From Myxococcota bacterium (GTDB lineage: Bacteria > Myxococcota_A > UBA9042 > PHBI01 > JAWLBL01): a DNA stretch of 64,000 nucleotides. The stretch is from positions 224,001 through 288,000 of the forward strand of contig JAWLBL010000006.1 of NCBI GenBank assembly GCA_041687695.1. The letters are read 5' to 3'. This document shows, piece by piece, positions 55,829 through 64,000 of this stretch (within the stretch, counting starts at the first letter, position 1; each line of letters begins with the position of its first letter). The notes under the pieces were generated by a model. The model was not told the DNA's origin. It was given only the letters and a program-made list of their open reading frames with translations, and did no database searches. Position numbers and translations under genes: made by a program.

Positions 55829-57511
55829 ATGACCGACATCACCTTGAAGGTGGGCGATCGCGAGCTGGCGCTGGGCGATCTGGTGTCCCTGACGGTCAAG
55901 GAGCGCGTGCTGCAGGCCGCGCCCGAGCTGGTGCAGGCCCTGTCGGCCGCCGGCGTGCGCGTGGGGCCGGCCGCCGAGATCGCGGCCGTGACCGACGACA
56001 CGGGCGTGTACCTCAACTACGTCGACGGCCGGTGGGTGGCCTCGAAGAGCAACCGGACGCACCCGAACGTCAACCCGGGCCTTCAGCACGACGTGCTGGG
56101 GCAGGTCCCCGAGAGCCTGCCCGAGGAGGTCGACATCGCCTGCCGCGCCGCGCAGCGCGACTTCGACGCGTGGCGGGCCGTGTCGGGCGACATCAAGGTC
56201 AAGGTGTTCTACCGCCTGGCCGAGCTGATGAAGGAGCAGATCGAGCCCATGGTGCGGGTGATGACCCGCGAGATGGGCAAGAGCTGGTACGACTCGCGCC
56301 TGGACGTGCTCGAGGCCATCGGCGTGTGCGAGGCGCTGGCGCCGCAGGGCATGAGCGTCACCGGCAAGACCTACCCCAACATCATCGCCGGACTGACGAT
56401 GGAGAGCCGCCTCGCCCCGCGCGGCGTCGCGGCCATCGTGACCCCCTTCAACTTCCCCGTGGCCATCCCGCTGGCGCAGGTCGTCGCGGCGCTGGTGACC
56501 GGCAACACCGTGGTGTGGAAGCCGGCGCATCTGGTGCCCGAGTCCAGCCAAGCGCTGGCGCGCCTCATCACCCGGGCGCTGGACGACACCGCGGCCCAGT
56601 GGAACGTCCGGCTGCCCTCCGGGATCTTCAACCTGGTCCAGGGCGACGAGACGACCGGCGCGGCCCTCATCGCCAACCCGCACGTCCAGACCCTGTCCTT
56701 CACCGGGTCCAAGGCGGTCGGCGACAAGGTGGACGCGACGGCCTCGTCGCTGGGCAAGCGCGTCATGAAGGAGGTCGCGGGCATCAACTGCTTCTACGTC
56801 CACGCCAGCGCCGACCTCGACCGCGCCGCCCGCAACTTCGTCTACGGCAAGACCATCACCAGCGGCCAGCGCTGCACCTCGATCCAGGAGCTGCTGGTCG
56901 ACGAGGCGGTCGCCGACGCCTTCATGGCCAAGGTCGAGGCCCTGATGGGCGGCATCGTGTACGGCGCCGGCGACGACCCGCGCCTGGCCGAGGCGGACAG
57001 AGACCCCAACCGCTTCAGCCTGCCGCCCGTGGTCACGCGCGAGGCCCAGCAGCGCATCCTGGAGTGGGTCGAGCGGTCGGTCTCGCAGGGCGCGCGGATC
57101 GCGCTGCAAAAGCCCGTCCCCGACGACCTGGCCGCGGCCGGCTTCTACGTGCCCTTCACGATCGTGACCGACGTCGCCGAGGGCAACATCCTGTTCGATC
57201 ACGAGATCTTCGGGCCCGTCGCCGTCATGCGGCGCGTGTCGGGCCTCGCCGAGGCCATCCAGATCATCAACACCAAGGTCGGCATCGTCGGCTGCGTCGA
57301 CGCCCGCGACAAGGACGTCAGCGAGACCTTCATCGACCGCGTCCTGCGCACCCGCATCGATGACGGCCGCCACGGCACCGGCTGCTTCTGGGCGACCAAG
57401 TTCGGCGGCGACCGCGGCGCCGGCAGCGGCAACCCGGCGCTCGACGAGGAGATGGTGTTCGGCTACCTGGTCTGGAAGACCATCTACCGCGCCTATACGC
57501 CCCAGGTCTGA
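55829..57511 (+). CDS. Aldehyde dehydrogenase family protein
   Basis: TPFNFP, GNTVVWKP, SFTGS, GQRCTS, EIFGPV; SD ggagg. Confidence 0.9.
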   Translation: MTDITLKVGDRELALGDLVSLTVKERVLQAAPELVQALSAAGVRVGPAAEIAAVTDDTGVYLNYVDGRWVASKSNRTHPNVNPGLQHDVLGQVPESLPEEVDIACRAAQRDFDAWRAVSGDIKVKVFYRLAELMKEQIEPMVRVMTREMGKSWYDSRLDVLEAIGVCEALAPQGMSVTGKTYPNIIAGLTMESRLAPRGVAAIVTPFNFPVAIPLAQVVAALVTGNTVVWKPAHLVPESSQALARLITRALDDTAAQWNVRLPSGIFNLVQGDETTGAALIANPHVQTLSFTGSKAVGDKVDATASSLGKRVMKEVAGINCFYVHASADLDRAARNFVYGKTITSGQRCTSIQELLVDEAVADAFMAKVEALMGGIVYGAGDDPRLAEADRDPNRFSLPPVVTREAQQRILEWVERSVSQGARIALQKPVPDDLAAAGFYVPFTIVTDVAEGNILFDHEIFGPVAVMRRVSGLAEAIQIINTKVGIVGCVDARDKDVSETFIDRVLRTRIDDGRHGTGCFWATKFGGDRGAGSGNPALDEEMVFGYLVWKTIYRAYTPQV

Positions 57512-57513
57512 CG

Positions 57514-58248
57514 GTGACGCGCCCCCTCGCTCCCGCGCTGGCGCGGCGCGTCGCGGCGGCGCGGGCCGAGGGTCGGCCGCCGGTCGCCGTCCTGGACGTG
57601 GATCTGACGCTGCTCGAGAACGCGCCGCGCACCCGGGCCATCTTCGTCGACTGGCTGCACCGCGTCCGCGACCGCTGGCCCGGCGCCGAGCCGGCGATGG
57701 TGCGCGCGCAGACCATGCCCATCGTCTTCAGCGTGCGCGACAACGTGGCGGCGCTGGGCATCGACGACCCCGCGCTGGCGCGCGAGGCGATGCACGCCTG
57801 GGCGGCCGGCTTCTTCACCAGCCACTACTGCCGCCGCGACGCCCCGCTGCCGGGCGCGCTGGACACGGTGCGCGCGCTGCGGGCCCACGACGTCACCGTG
57901 GCCTACCTGACCGCGCGCCCCAGCCGCATGATCGAGGGCACGGTGGCGCGCTTCGCCGAGCTTGGCTTCCCGGTGGGCGAGCCCGGGACGCTGCTGGTGA
58001 TGAAGGACGACCCGGACGAGCCCGACGGCGCCTTCAAGGAGCGGGCCCTGGGGTGGATCGGAGCGCTGGGCGCGGTGGTCGTCTGCGCCGACAACGAGCC
58101 GGGGCACGTCAACGCCATGGCGCGGGCCTTCCCGAATGCGCTTGCGCTGCTCGTCCAGACGCGCCATAGCCCCGGGGCGCCGGCCCTCGCGGACGGGGCC
58201 GTGCGCGCGGCCAGCCTGCTGACGGGGTGCCTGGACCATGACGACTGA
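57514..58248 (+). CDS. HAD-superfamily (acid phosphatase-like) hydrolase
   Basis: VLDVDLTLL, YLTAR, FK, DNEP. Confidence 0.8.
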   Translation: MTRPLAPALARRVAAARAEGRPPVAVLDVDLTLLENAPRTRAIFVDWLHRVRDRWPGAEPAMVRAQTMPIVFSVRDNVAALGIDDPALAREAMHAWAAGFFTSHYCRRDAPLPGALDTVRALRAHDVTVAYLTARPSRMIEGTVARFAELGFPVGEPGTLLVMKDDPDEPDGAFKERALGWIGALGAVVVCADNEPGHVNAMARAFPNALALLVQTRHSPGAPALADGAVRAASLLTGCLDHDD

Positions 58249-61200
58249 TTCGAAGCGCCTGCCCTTCCTCGAGCGTCTGAAGGCCGGTGTCGTCGTGTTC
58301 GACGGCGCCATGGGGACCAGCCTGCAGAAGCGCACGCTGACCCTGGACGACTTCGAGGGGCTCGACGGCTGCAACGAGGTGCTGGTCCGGTCGCGGCCCG
58401 ACGTGGTGCGCGACATCCACGCCGAGTACTTCGCGGCCGGCGCCGACGTGGTCGAGACCAACACCTTTGGCGCCAACGAGGTGGTGCTCGACGAGTACGG
58501 CCTCGCCCACGAGACGCGGGCGCTCAACGCGCAGGCGGCGCGGCTGGCGCGCGAGGTGGCGGCCAGCTTCACCGACCGGCCGCGCTTCGTCAGCGGCTCC
58601 ATCGGGCCGGGCACCAAGCTGCCCAGCCTGGGGCACATCGACTACCGGACCCTGGTCCGCAGCTACGCGGCGCAGGTCGACGGCCTGCTCGAGGGCGGCG
58701 TCGACGTGCTGCAGATCGAGACCTGCCAGGACATCTTGCAGGTCAAGTCGGCGCTGGCCGGGGCGCGGGCGGCCTTCAAGGCGGCCGGGCGTCGGGTGCC
58801 CATCATCGTGCAGGTCACCATCGAGACCACCGGGACGATGCTCATCGGCACCGAGGTCGCCGCCGCGGTGCGCATCCTCGAGCCCTTCGCCGAGGTCGAC
58901 GTGCTGGGCCTGAACTGCGCGACCGGCCCGGCCGAGATGGAGGAGCACGTGCGCACGGTCGCGCAGACCTGGCGCGGCCTCATCAGCGTGCTGCCCAACG
59001 CAGGCCTGCCCGAGAACGTCGGCGGGCAGGCGGTCTACCGGCTCACCCCGGACGACATCGCGGCCTACCTGAGCCGCTTCGTGCGCGAGTACGGCGTGAG
59101 CGCGGTCGGCGGCTGCTGCGGGACGACCCCGGCCCACATCGCGGCCATCGCCAAGGCCTGCGGCGGGCTGACCCCGGCGGCGCGCACGCCCGAGCTGGTC
59201 CCCAGCGTGGCCAGCATCTACAGCGCGGTGTCGCTGGCGCAGGAGCCGCCGCCGCTGATGGTCGGCGAGCGCACCAACGCGAATGGCTCGCGCAAGTTCA
59301 AGCAGCTGCTGGCGGCCGACGACTTCGACGGCATGGTCGCCATGGGCCGCTCGCAGGCGCGCGGCGGGGCGCACCTGCTGGACGTGTGCACCGCCTATGT
59401 CGGGCGCGACGAAGTGCGCGACATGAAAGAGGTGGTCGGGCGCTTCGCCACCCAGGTCGCGCTGCCGCTGATGATCGACTCGACCGAGCCGCCGGTCATC
59501 GAGGCGGCGCTCGAGCTCATCGGCGGGCGTGCGGTCGTCAACAGCATCAACCTGGAAGATGGCGGCGAGCGCCTGCACCAGATCGTCCCCATGGCCAAGG
59601 CCCACGGCGCCGCGCTGGTCGCGCTGACCATCGACGAGCAGGGCATGGCCAAGACGGTCGAGCGCAAGGTCGAGATCGCCCGCCGCATCCACGACATCGT
59701 GGTCGGCGAGTACGGGATGCGGCCCTGCGACCTCATCTTCGACCCGCTGACCTTCACCATCGGCTCGGGCGACGCCGAGTTCCGCGACGCGGGCGTCGCG
59801 ACCCTGAAGGGCATCGCCGCCATCAAGGAGGCGCTGCCCGGCGTCTTCACCATGCTGGGGCTGTCCAACATCAGCTTCGGCCTGAACCCCGAGGCGCGGC
59901 ACGTCCTCAACTCGGTCTACCTGCACGAGGCCGTGCAGCACGGGCTCGACGCCGCCATCGTCCACGCCAGCAAGATCACGCCCCTGTTCAAGATCCCCGA
60001 CGGCGAGCGCGAGGCCGCGCTGGACCTCGTCTACGACCGCTGGCGGCAGGACGGCGAGAAGGACCCGCTGGTCCGGTTCATGGCGCTGTTCGAGGACCTG
60101 TCGGCCCGCAAGAAGAAGAAGGGGCCCTCCAAGGACGTGCCGATCGAGCAGCGCCTGCGCGACCACATCGTCGACGGCGAGCGCGAGGGCCTGGAAGGGA
60201 CGCTGGACGAGGCGCTGAAGACGTACACGGCGCTGGAGATCATCAACCAGCACCTGCTGGACGGGATGCGGGTCGTCGGCGAGCTGTTCGGGGCGGGGCA
60301 GATGCAGCTGCCCTTCGTGCTGCAGAGCGCCGAGGTGATGAAGAAGGCGGTGGCCTACCTGGAGCCGCACATGGACAAGGCCGCCGGCAGCAAGAAGGGC
60401 CGGCTGGTCCTGGCGACGGTGCAGGGCGACGTCCACGACATCGGCAAGAACCTGGTCGACATCATCCTGACCAACAACGGCTACGAGGTGGTGAACCTGG
60501 GCATCAAGCAGCCCGTGGGCAACATCCTGGCCGCCTACAAGGAGCAGGGCGCCGACGCCATCGGGCTGTCGGGCCTGCTGGTCAAGTCGACCGTCATCAT
60601 GAAGGAGAACCTGGAAGAGCTGAACGCGCGCGGCATCAGCGTCCCGGTCATCCTGGGCGGCGCGGCGCTGACCCGGCGCTACGTCGAGGAGGACCTGCGG
60701 GCGCTGTACGGGGGCGAGGTCTACTACGGCCGCGACGCCTTCACCGGCCTGCACATCATGGACGAGCTGTGCGACCCGAGCCGGCCGAAGAAGCTGACCG
60801 GCTACAAGCAGGCGGGGCAGGGCGGGGCGACGGCCGAGGCCGGCCTGCCGCGGCGCCTGAGCATCACCGGCTCGGGCGACACTCGCCGCTCGGACGTCAT
60901 CGCGGCCGACGCGCCCATCCCGACGCCGCCCTTCTGGGGCGCCCGCATCGCGCGGGACCAGGATCTCGACACGATCTTCGGCTTCATCAACCAGCGCGCG
61001 CTGTTCCAGGGCCAGTGGCAGTTCAAGCAGCGCCGCACCAGCGCCGAGGACCAGAAGGCGCTCATCGAGGACGTCGTCCAGCCCCTGTTCGCCGAGTGGA
61101 AGCAGCGGGTGCGCGACGAGGGGCTGTTCGAGCCGGCGGCGGCCTGGGGGTACTTCCGCGCGGTCAGCGAGGGCAACGACATCGTGGTGCTGGGCGAGGA

Positions 61201-61756
61201 CGGGGCCGAGCTGACCCGCTGGACCTTCCCGCGGCAGAGCGGCAAGAAGCGCCTGTGCCTGGCCGACTTCGTGCGGCCGCGCGAGGCGGGCGAGGTCGAC
61301 GTCATCGCCCTGCAGGCGGTGACCCTGGGGCCCCGGCCGACCGAGCGCTGCCAGGCGCTGTACGCCGAGGGGCGCTACACCGACTACCTGTACCTGCACG
61401 GGCTGGCGGTCGAGACGGCCGAGGCGATGGCCGAGCTGGTCCACCGGCAGATCCGGCACGAGCTGGGCATCGGCGGGGCCGACGCGCCCGAGATCGAGGC
61501 CCTGTTCCGCCAGGGCTACCAGGGCAGCCGCTACAGCTTCGGTTACCCGGCCTGCCCCGATCTCGCCGGGCAGCGGCAGCTCTTCCAGCTGCTGCCCTGC
61601 GGCGACATCGGCCTGACCCTGACCGAGAGCGACATGATCGAGCCCGAGCAGTCGACCTCGGCCATCGTCTTCCACCACCCGCAGGCGCGCTACTTCAGCG
61701 TGGTCGACAAGCGGGCCGGCGGCGACGACGGCGGCGACGACGGGGACGGCGCATGA
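58238..61756 (+). CDS. metH: Cobalamin-dependent methionine synthase
   Basis: DGAMGT, GLNCATGP, GGCCGTTP, GERTNANGS, GDVHDIGKN, RYSFGYPACP. Confidence 0.97.
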   Translation: MTTDSKRLPFLERLKAGVVVFDGAMGTSLQKRTLTLDDFEGLDGCNEVLVRSRPDVVRDIHAEYFAAGADVVETNTFGANEVVLDEYGLAHETRALNAQAARLAREVAASFTDRPRFVSGSIGPGTKLPSLGHIDYRTLVRSYAAQVDGLLEGGVDVLQIETCQDILQVKSALAGARAAFKAAGRRVPIIVQVTIETTGTMLIGTEVAAAVRILEPFAEVDVLGLNCATGPAEMEEHVRTVAQTWRGLISVLPNAGLPENVGGQAVYRLTPDDIAAYLSRFVREYGVSAVGGCCGTTPAHIAAIAKACGGLTPAARTPELVPSVASIYSAVSLAQEPPPLMVGERTNANGSRKFKQLLAADDFDGMVAMGRSQARGGAHLLDVCTAYVGRDEVRDMKEVVGRFATQVALPLMIDSTEPPVIEAALELIGGRAVVNSINLEDGGERLHQIVPMAKAHGAALVALTIDEQGMAKTVERKVEIARRIHDIVVGEYGMRPCDLIFDPLTFTIGSGDAEFRDAGVATLKGIAAIKEALPGVFTMLGLSNISFGLNPEARHVLNSVYLHEAVQHGLDAAIVHASKITPLFKIPDGEREAALDLVYDRWRQDGEKDPLVRFMALFEDLSARKKKKGPSKDVPIEQRLRDHIVDGEREGLEGTLDEALKTYTALEIINQHLLDGMRVVGELFGAGQMQLPFVLQSAEVMKKAVAYLEPHMDKAAGSKKGRLVLATVQGDVHDIGKNLVDIILTNNGYEVVNLGIKQPVGNILAAYKEQGADAIGLSGLLVKSTVIMKENLEELNARGISVPVILGGAALTRRYVEEDLRALYGGEVYYGRDAFTGLHIMDELCDPSRPKKLTGYKQAGQGGATAEAGLPRRLSITGSGDTRRSDVIAADAPIPTPPFWGARIARDQDLDTIFGFINQRALFQGQWQFKQRRTSAEDQKALIEDVVQPLFAEWKQRVRDEGLFEPAAAWGYFRAVSEGNDIVVLGEDGAELTRWTFPRQSGKKRLCLADFVRPREAGEVDVIALQAVTLGPRPTERCQALYAEGRYTDYLYLHGLAVETAEAMAELVHRQIRHELGIGGADAPEIEALFRQGYQGSRYSFGYPACPDLAGQRQLFQLLPCGDIGLTLTESDMIEPEQSTSAIVFHHPQARYFSVVDKRAGGDDGGDDGDGA

Positions 61757-62928
61757 GCGATGCGGCCCGGCTGGCAGCTCGGCTCTCGGCGTGGACACAG
61801 GGCCGCGCCGAGGCGATGCAGCAGCTGTGGGCCGCGCTGGTGACCATCGCCTCGCCGACCGGCGACGCCGAGGGCAACGAGCAGTGCCTCGAGATCCTGG
61901 AGGCCGGCTATGGCGTCCTGGGCTTCACGCCGACCCGGGTGCCGGCGGCGCTGGGGCGCGAGCACCTGGTGCTGACTCGGACGGGCCAGGGCGGCGCGCC
62001 GCGGGTGATGCTGATCGGGCACACCGACACGGTGTTCGCGGCCGACGCGGGCTTCGACGGGTTCACGGTCGAGGGCGAGCTGGCGCGCGGGCCGGGCGTC
62101 GCCGACATGAAGGGCGGCCTGGTGGTGATGCTGTCGGTCGCGCAGGCGCTGGCACAGGTGGGGCGGCTGGACGACTTCGACTGGGTCGTGGTGATCAACA
62201 CCGACGAAGAGCAGCAGTCCGAGACCAGCCGCGAGCTGGTCGAGACGCGGGCGGCCGGGGCGCAGCTGGCGCTGGTCTTCGAGTCGGGGCGGGCCTCGGG
62301 GGCGCTGGTGAAGGCGCGGCGCGGGACCGGGCGCTTCACGCTGACGACGCGCGGGCGGGCGGCGCACGCCGGGCAGGCCCACGGCGAGGGGCTGAACGCC
62401 ATCGTCGAGTTGGCGGCCAAGGTGGGGCCCATCGCGGCGCTGAGCGATCCTGCACGCGGGGTGACGGTCAACTGCGGCCTCGTCTCGGGCGGCACCCGGG
62501 CCAACGTGGTGCCCGAGCGGGCCGAGCTGGTGGTCGACGCGCGGGCCGACGACCCGGCGGGGGCCGCGTGGTTGGCGCAGCGCATGAGCGAGATCGCGGC
62601 CGCGGTGGTGGTCGAGGGCTGCGAGACGGCCGTGAGCGGCGGCATCGCGCGGCCGCCCTGGCCCGAGAACGAGCCGACCGAGCGGCTGGTGGAGACCTGG
62701 ACCGAGGCGGGGCGCCTGCTGGGGCAGACCGTGACCGCCGAGGTGACCGGCGGCGGCAGCGACGGCAACTTCACCCGGGCGCTGGGCGTGCCGACCCTGG
62801 ACGGGCTGGGCCCGCGCGGCGGCGGGTACCACACGGCCGGCGAGTGGGCCGAGGTGGCCAGCCTGCCGGCGCGGGTCGCGCTGACGGCGCTGGCGCTGAC
62901 GATGTGGCGCGAGACCCTGGAGGGCTGA
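61753..62928 (+). CDS. M20 family metallopeptidase (glutamate carboxypeptidase-like)
   Basis: ATGA overlap; GHTDTV, GPGVADMKGG, TDEE, AAHAG, GGGSDGNF, DGLGP.G..YH. Confidence 0.92.
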   Translation: MSDAARLAARLSAWTQGRAEAMQQLWAALVTIASPTGDAEGNEQCLEILEAGYGVLGFTPTRVPAALGREHLVLTRTGQGGAPRVMLIGHTDTVFAADAGFDGFTVEGELARGPGVADMKGGLVVMLSVAQALAQVGRLDDFDWVVVINTDEEQQSETSRELVETRAAGAQLALVFESGRASGALVKARRGTGRFTLTTRGRAAHAGQAHGEGLNAIVELAAKVGPIAALSDPARGVTVNCGLVSGGTRANVVPERAELVVDARADDPAGAAWLAQRMSEIAAAVVVEGCETAVSGGIARPPWPENEPTERLVETWTEAGRLLGQTVTAEVTGGGSDGNFTRALGVPTLDGLGPRGGGYHTAGEWAEVASLPARVALTALALTMWRETLEG

Positions 62929-62931
62929 ACC

Positions 62932-63576
62932 ATGACAGCGGCGGCCTGGAGCCGGGACGAGATGGCGAGGCGGGCGGCGGCGGAGGTGCAGCCCGGGATG
63001 GTGGTCAACCTGGGCATCGGCATCCCGACCCTGGTGGCCAACCACCTGCCCGAGGCGGCGCCGGGCGAGGCGCCGGTGATGCTGCACAGCGAGAACGGCC
63101 TGCTGGGCATGGGCCCCTTCCCCTTCGAGGGCGAGGAGGACCCGCAGATCATCAACGCCGGCAAGCAGACGGTGACCATCGTCCCCGGCGGCAGCACCTT
63201 CGACTCGACCCTGTCCTTCGCCATGATCCGCGGCGGGCATGTGGATCTGGCCATCCTGGGGGCGATGCAGGTGGCGCAGAGCGGGGATCTGGCCAACTGG
63301 GCCATCCCGGGCGGGCTGGTGACCGGCATGGGTGGGGCGATGGATCTGGTGTCGGGCGCCCGGCGGGTCATCGCGGTGTGCACCTTCCGCAGCAAGGAGG
63401 GCGAGCCCAAGCTGGTCCGCCAGTGCGACCTGCCGCTGACCGGCGTCGCCTGCGTGCACCGGGTGGTGACGGACGTGGGCGTCTTCGACCCGGCCGGCGA
63501 CGGCTTCCGCATCGTCGAGCTGGCGCCCGGCGTCACCCGCGAGGCGCTGGGCGACGACGTCCCGCTGCTGGATTGA
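62932..63576 (+). CDS. 3-oxoacid CoA-transferase subunit B
   Basis: VNLGIGIPTLVAN, SENG, INAGK, GMGGAMDL, LPLTG. Confidence 0.93.
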   Translation: MTAAAWSRDEMARRAAAEVQPGMVVNLGIGIPTLVANHLPEAAPGEAPVMLHSENGLLGMGPFPFEGEEDPQIINAGKQTVTIVPGGSTFDSTLSFAMIRGGHVDLAILGAMQVAQSGDLANWAIPGGLVTGMGGAMDLVSGARRVIAVCTFRSKEGEPKLVRQCDLPLTGVACVHRVVTDVGVFDPAGDGFRIVELAPGVTREALGDDVPLLD

Positions 63577-63716
63577 CGCGGCCGGGCCCCGACGCGGCTG
63601 GATGGGGCTCGGTCGCGGACCGCGCGCCCGCGTGGCTCGACAGGGGGCTTGTCCGGCGGGTGGCGGTTCCACTTTAGCGGGCAGACCGAGCGCCAATGAG
63701 CCGCAGGGGGCGTGGG

Positions 63717-64000
63717 ATGACGAGAGGGATCAAGGGCAAGTGGGCCGCGGTAGGCCTGGCCGGGCTGCTGATGGCGAGCGCGCCGGCCTGCGCGCCGGTC
63801 TACGTCGAGGGCCAATACGAGGCTGTGTACGCCGAGGTGTCGCCGCCGCCGCCGCCCAACGAGGTCATCCCGCAGCCGCCCGGACCCGGGTACGCCTGGG
63901 TGCCGGGGCATTGGTACTGGACGGGCGACCAGTACGTGTGGTCGCACGGCTATTGGACGCGGCCGCCGGTCACCGGGCACGTCTGGGTGCCGGCGGGCTG
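63717..64000 (+). CDS. YXWGXW-repeat lipoprotein (3'-truncated)
   Basis: Manual translation MTRGIKGKWAAVGLAGLLMASAPAC..PGPGYAWVPGHWYWTGDQYVWSHGYW; absent from the ORF track. Confidence 0.85.
   Translation, partial: MTRGIKGKWAAVGLAGLLMASAPACAPVYVEGQYEAVYAEVSPPPPPNEVIPQPPGPGYAWVPGHWYWTGDQYVWSHGYWTRPPVTGHVWVPAG

Overview
High-GC bacterial chromosome segment whose gene content points to Myxococcota or related deltaproteobacteria: paired GltA/GltB-like beta-barrels, a giant Cys-rich repeat lipoprotein, PEGA and Kelch lipoproteins, and a PP2C-cNMP phosphatase. Most of it is housekeeping or envelope genes: sucD-ndk-rlmN, a MoxR/DUF58/DUF4350 operon, ftsY, meaB, a trans-sulfuration enzyme, a triple-DsbA lipoprotein, ychF, acyl-CoA catabolism genes, proC-ALDH-metH, two tRNA-Leu genes and a probable 6S RNA. 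The most unusual part is an accessory hotspot at 35.6-38.6 kb. There an integrase-free 2.08-kb cassette with an AbiEi/AbiEii-like (type IV TA) pair is bracketed by a 72-77 bp direct duplication of the host gene's 3' end and preceded by a 54-bp nested palindromic operator. Next to it is a toxin-less, translationally coupled Phd antitoxin + barstar pair. Three unrelated 41-42 bp tandem arrays sit at convergent gene junctions, one built from its neighbour's last codons. An unannotated 34-aa basic ORF is also present. All calls come from reading the sequence; no searches were run.
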